64,000 bases of DNA from the NCBI GenBank assembly GCA_965226795.1, contig CBDDDZ010000003.1, positions 352,001 through 416,000 on the forward strand. The letters are read 5' to 3'. The first letter of the stretch is position 1, and each line of letters starts with the position of its first letter. Shown in pieces: positions 62,157 to 64,000 of the stretch. Under the pieces are notes generated by a model. That model was not told the origin of the DNA, ran no database searches, and saw only the letters and a program-made list of their open reading frames with translations. The position numbers and the translations under genes were made by a program. Source of the DNA: Candidatus Latescibacterota bacterium. GTDB taxonomy: Bacteria; Latescibacterota; UBA2968; GCA-2709665.

Positions 62157-63969
62157 GAGCCCACTCCGAAAAGTCGTGTTTACTTAACCAGGGAAAAGTA
62201 CTAAATTCGAGGTGTCAACAGGTTGCAATGTTTCAGATTGATGTTTGATCACAAAGAAGCGAGGGACATATGTTTAGAAGGAGTGCCCCTTCAAGTCAGC
62301 CGGATCTGTTTAGCAGCTTCGAGTCGCATTTCAAAGGTCCGAAGCTGGATCGGCTAAATGATCCGGCCGCCTGGAATAATCTGTTCTACGAGCACATCAC
62401 GTCAAAGGTCGATGAGGATATTTTTCGTGTGGTGTTTGACCCTGACATAGGCCGTCCCAATGCGCCGATCCGGCATCTGGTGTCGATGATGATCTTGAAG
62501 GAGGGCTTTGGGTGGAGCGATGCCCAACTTTTTGAGCAATGTCGGTTCAACATCCTGGTGATGGGGGCATTGGGGTTGGTGAATCTTACGGATGAAGTGC
62601 CTGTCGAGTCCACGTATTATCTGTTCAAGCAGGCTTTGTATGCGTATCAACTGAAGACCGGTCGCGATCTGGTAGGAGAGACCTTTTTCAGCTTAACAAA
62701 GACGCAGGCCAAGGCCTTTGGTGTATTGGGTCAACAAATCCGAATGGACAGTAAGTTGATCGGCGCCAACATTGCCTTGTGTTGTCGGTTGCAGTTGGTG
62801 GTTTGTTGCTTACAAGGGTTCTGGAGGTCATTGGACAAGGATGAGAAGGGACGATTATCGGCAACGGATCAGCAGGTTTTGGAGGATCTGATCCAAGGGA
62901 AGCCCCATCAGGTTGTCTACCGTCTCACCCCTACTGAAAAAGGCGAGAAGCTACAGGAATTGGGGCGGTTATTGAGCAGGCTACAAGAGACCTATACCGA
63001 GAAAGACAGCGATCGATATGGTCTGATCGTGCGTGTTTTTGAGGACCAATATACGGTTTTGTCTTCCCCCGAAGAGGTGCTACCCAAGCCGCCGAAAGCG
63101 ATCTGTTCATCCTCGTTGCAGTCTGCCCATGATGACGATGCGGCCTTTCGCAGGAAAGGCGAGAATAAGGTGAAAGGGTATAATGTCAACCTCACCGAGA
63201 CCTGCGATGAGGATGGCCTCAATTTGATCACGGATGTTGACGTCAAACCGGCGACGAGTCCCGACAACGCGTTTGTCCAACCTGCCATTGAGCAGACACA
63301 ACGCGTGGTGGGTGACGTCTTGGAAGTGTCAATGGATGGGGCCTATAATGATCAATCCAACGCCGAGTACGCAAAAGAACAGGACAAGCAATTCTATTAC
63401 AGTGGCCTGCAAGGAACCCCAGGGCGTTTCAGTTATGAACGCACAGCAGACGGTGTCAAGGTCATTGATCAACAAACCGGAGAGGTTCAGCTTGCCCAAG
63501 AATACAAACCGGGAAAATACAAAATCATCATCGATGGCAAACCACGATACTTTAAAGAACAACACATCGACAGTTACCTCAATCGCAAACAGATCGAAGC
63601 ACTCCCTGCCCATATTAGAAACAGACGCAACAATGTCGAGGCCAGCATCTTCCAGTTGAGCTATTACACCCAAAATGGCAAGACGCGCTATCGCGGACTG
63701 ATGCCACACCAACGGTGGGCCTGGTGTCGTGGCCTATGGATCAACCTGGTTCGGATCAAGAACTACCTCGCTACACCCCTGATGATCCCCGCATAATCGG
63801 GGATTTCTTGTGCAAAACCCTGATTGACAACACCCAGACCAACCTGGTGGCCTCCCTCTACGTTGATGCGCCGCAGGTCGCTGTAAAATCCCGGCACCAC
63901 GATACATCCCTATACGCATCGCTGTCCACCAACACGAATCCTTCGCGGCCCCCTTTTCGGAGGCGACTC
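62157..63969. mobile_element. Insertion sequence (1813 bp, IS1182/IS5-like DDE type)
   Basis: 17-bp imperfect IRs (GAGCCCACTCCGAAAAG vs reverse complement GAGTCGCCTCCGAAAAG); AGTATT TSD at 62151-62156 and 63970-63975. Confidence 0.9.
62270..63796 (+). CDS. DDE transposase
   Basis: GRP...MMILK...WSD N-terminal domain; RMDS, MDGAY and RNNVEA DDE motifs. Confidence 0.9.
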   Translation: MFRRSAPSSQPDLFSSFESHFKGPKLDRLNDPAAWNNLFYEHITSKVDEDIFRVVFDPDIGRPNAPIRHLVSMMILKEGFGWSDAQLFEQCRFNILVMGALGLVNLTDEVPVESTYYLFKQALYAYQLKTGRDLVGETFFSLTKTQAKAFGVLGQQIRMDSKLIGANIALCCRLQLVVCCLQGFWRSLDKDEKGRLSATDQQVLEDLIQGKPHQVVYRLTPTEKGEKLQELGRLLSRLQETYTEKDSDRYGLIVRVFEDQYTVLSSPEEVLPKPPKAICSSSLQSAHDDDAAFRRKGENKVKGYNVNLTETCDEDGLNLITDVDVKPATSPDNAFVQPAIEQTQRVVGDVLEVSMDGAYNDQSNAEYAKEQDKQFYYSGLQGTPGRFSYERTADGVKVIDQQTGEVQLAQEYKPGKYKIIIDGKPRYFKEQHIDSYLNRKQIEALPAHIRNRRNNVEASIFQLSYYTQNGKTRYRGLMPHQRWAWCRGLWINLVRIKNYLATPLMIPA

Positions 63970-64000
63970 AGTATTGAATCTTGCCATAAATTTTCTCAGC

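Overview
GC-rich bacterial chromosomal window with two parts. Positions 1-30.9 kb are housekeeping backbone: a PLP aminotransferase, SDRs, hydrolases, a cytochrome c maturation operon with a Cys-type CcmE, dnaK, sucC, gpmI, LysR/acnA, rng-rplU-rpmA-mdh, moeA-moaC and tRNA-Lys(CTT). Downstream of the tRNA is a ~23 kb defence island built on a type I restriction-modification system whose three genes are spread apart: hsdM at 31.3 kb, hsdS at 38.4 kb and hsdR at 49.0 kb, the last carrying a C-terminal Schlafen/AlbA_2-like domain. Cargo between them includes decayed toxin-antitoxin modules, a PD-(D/E)XK nuclease, a Fic protein and, most notably, a minus-strand operon: XRE-HTH/ImmA-IrrE peptidase regulator, MBL-fold hydrolase ending ...PRAG-SQR, E2-E1(ThiF)-JAB fusion, 4TM protein, and a second, frameshifted MBL. 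It resembles a CBASS Cap2/Cap3-type conjugation system with no cyclase. The right end holds VapBC, an unusual cation channel, an MFS transporter, a zincin/PD40/Omp85-like outer-membrane protein, an HNH nuclease and a complete IS with 6-bp target duplication that interrupts a gene. All calls come from motif recognition by eye; no database searches were run.
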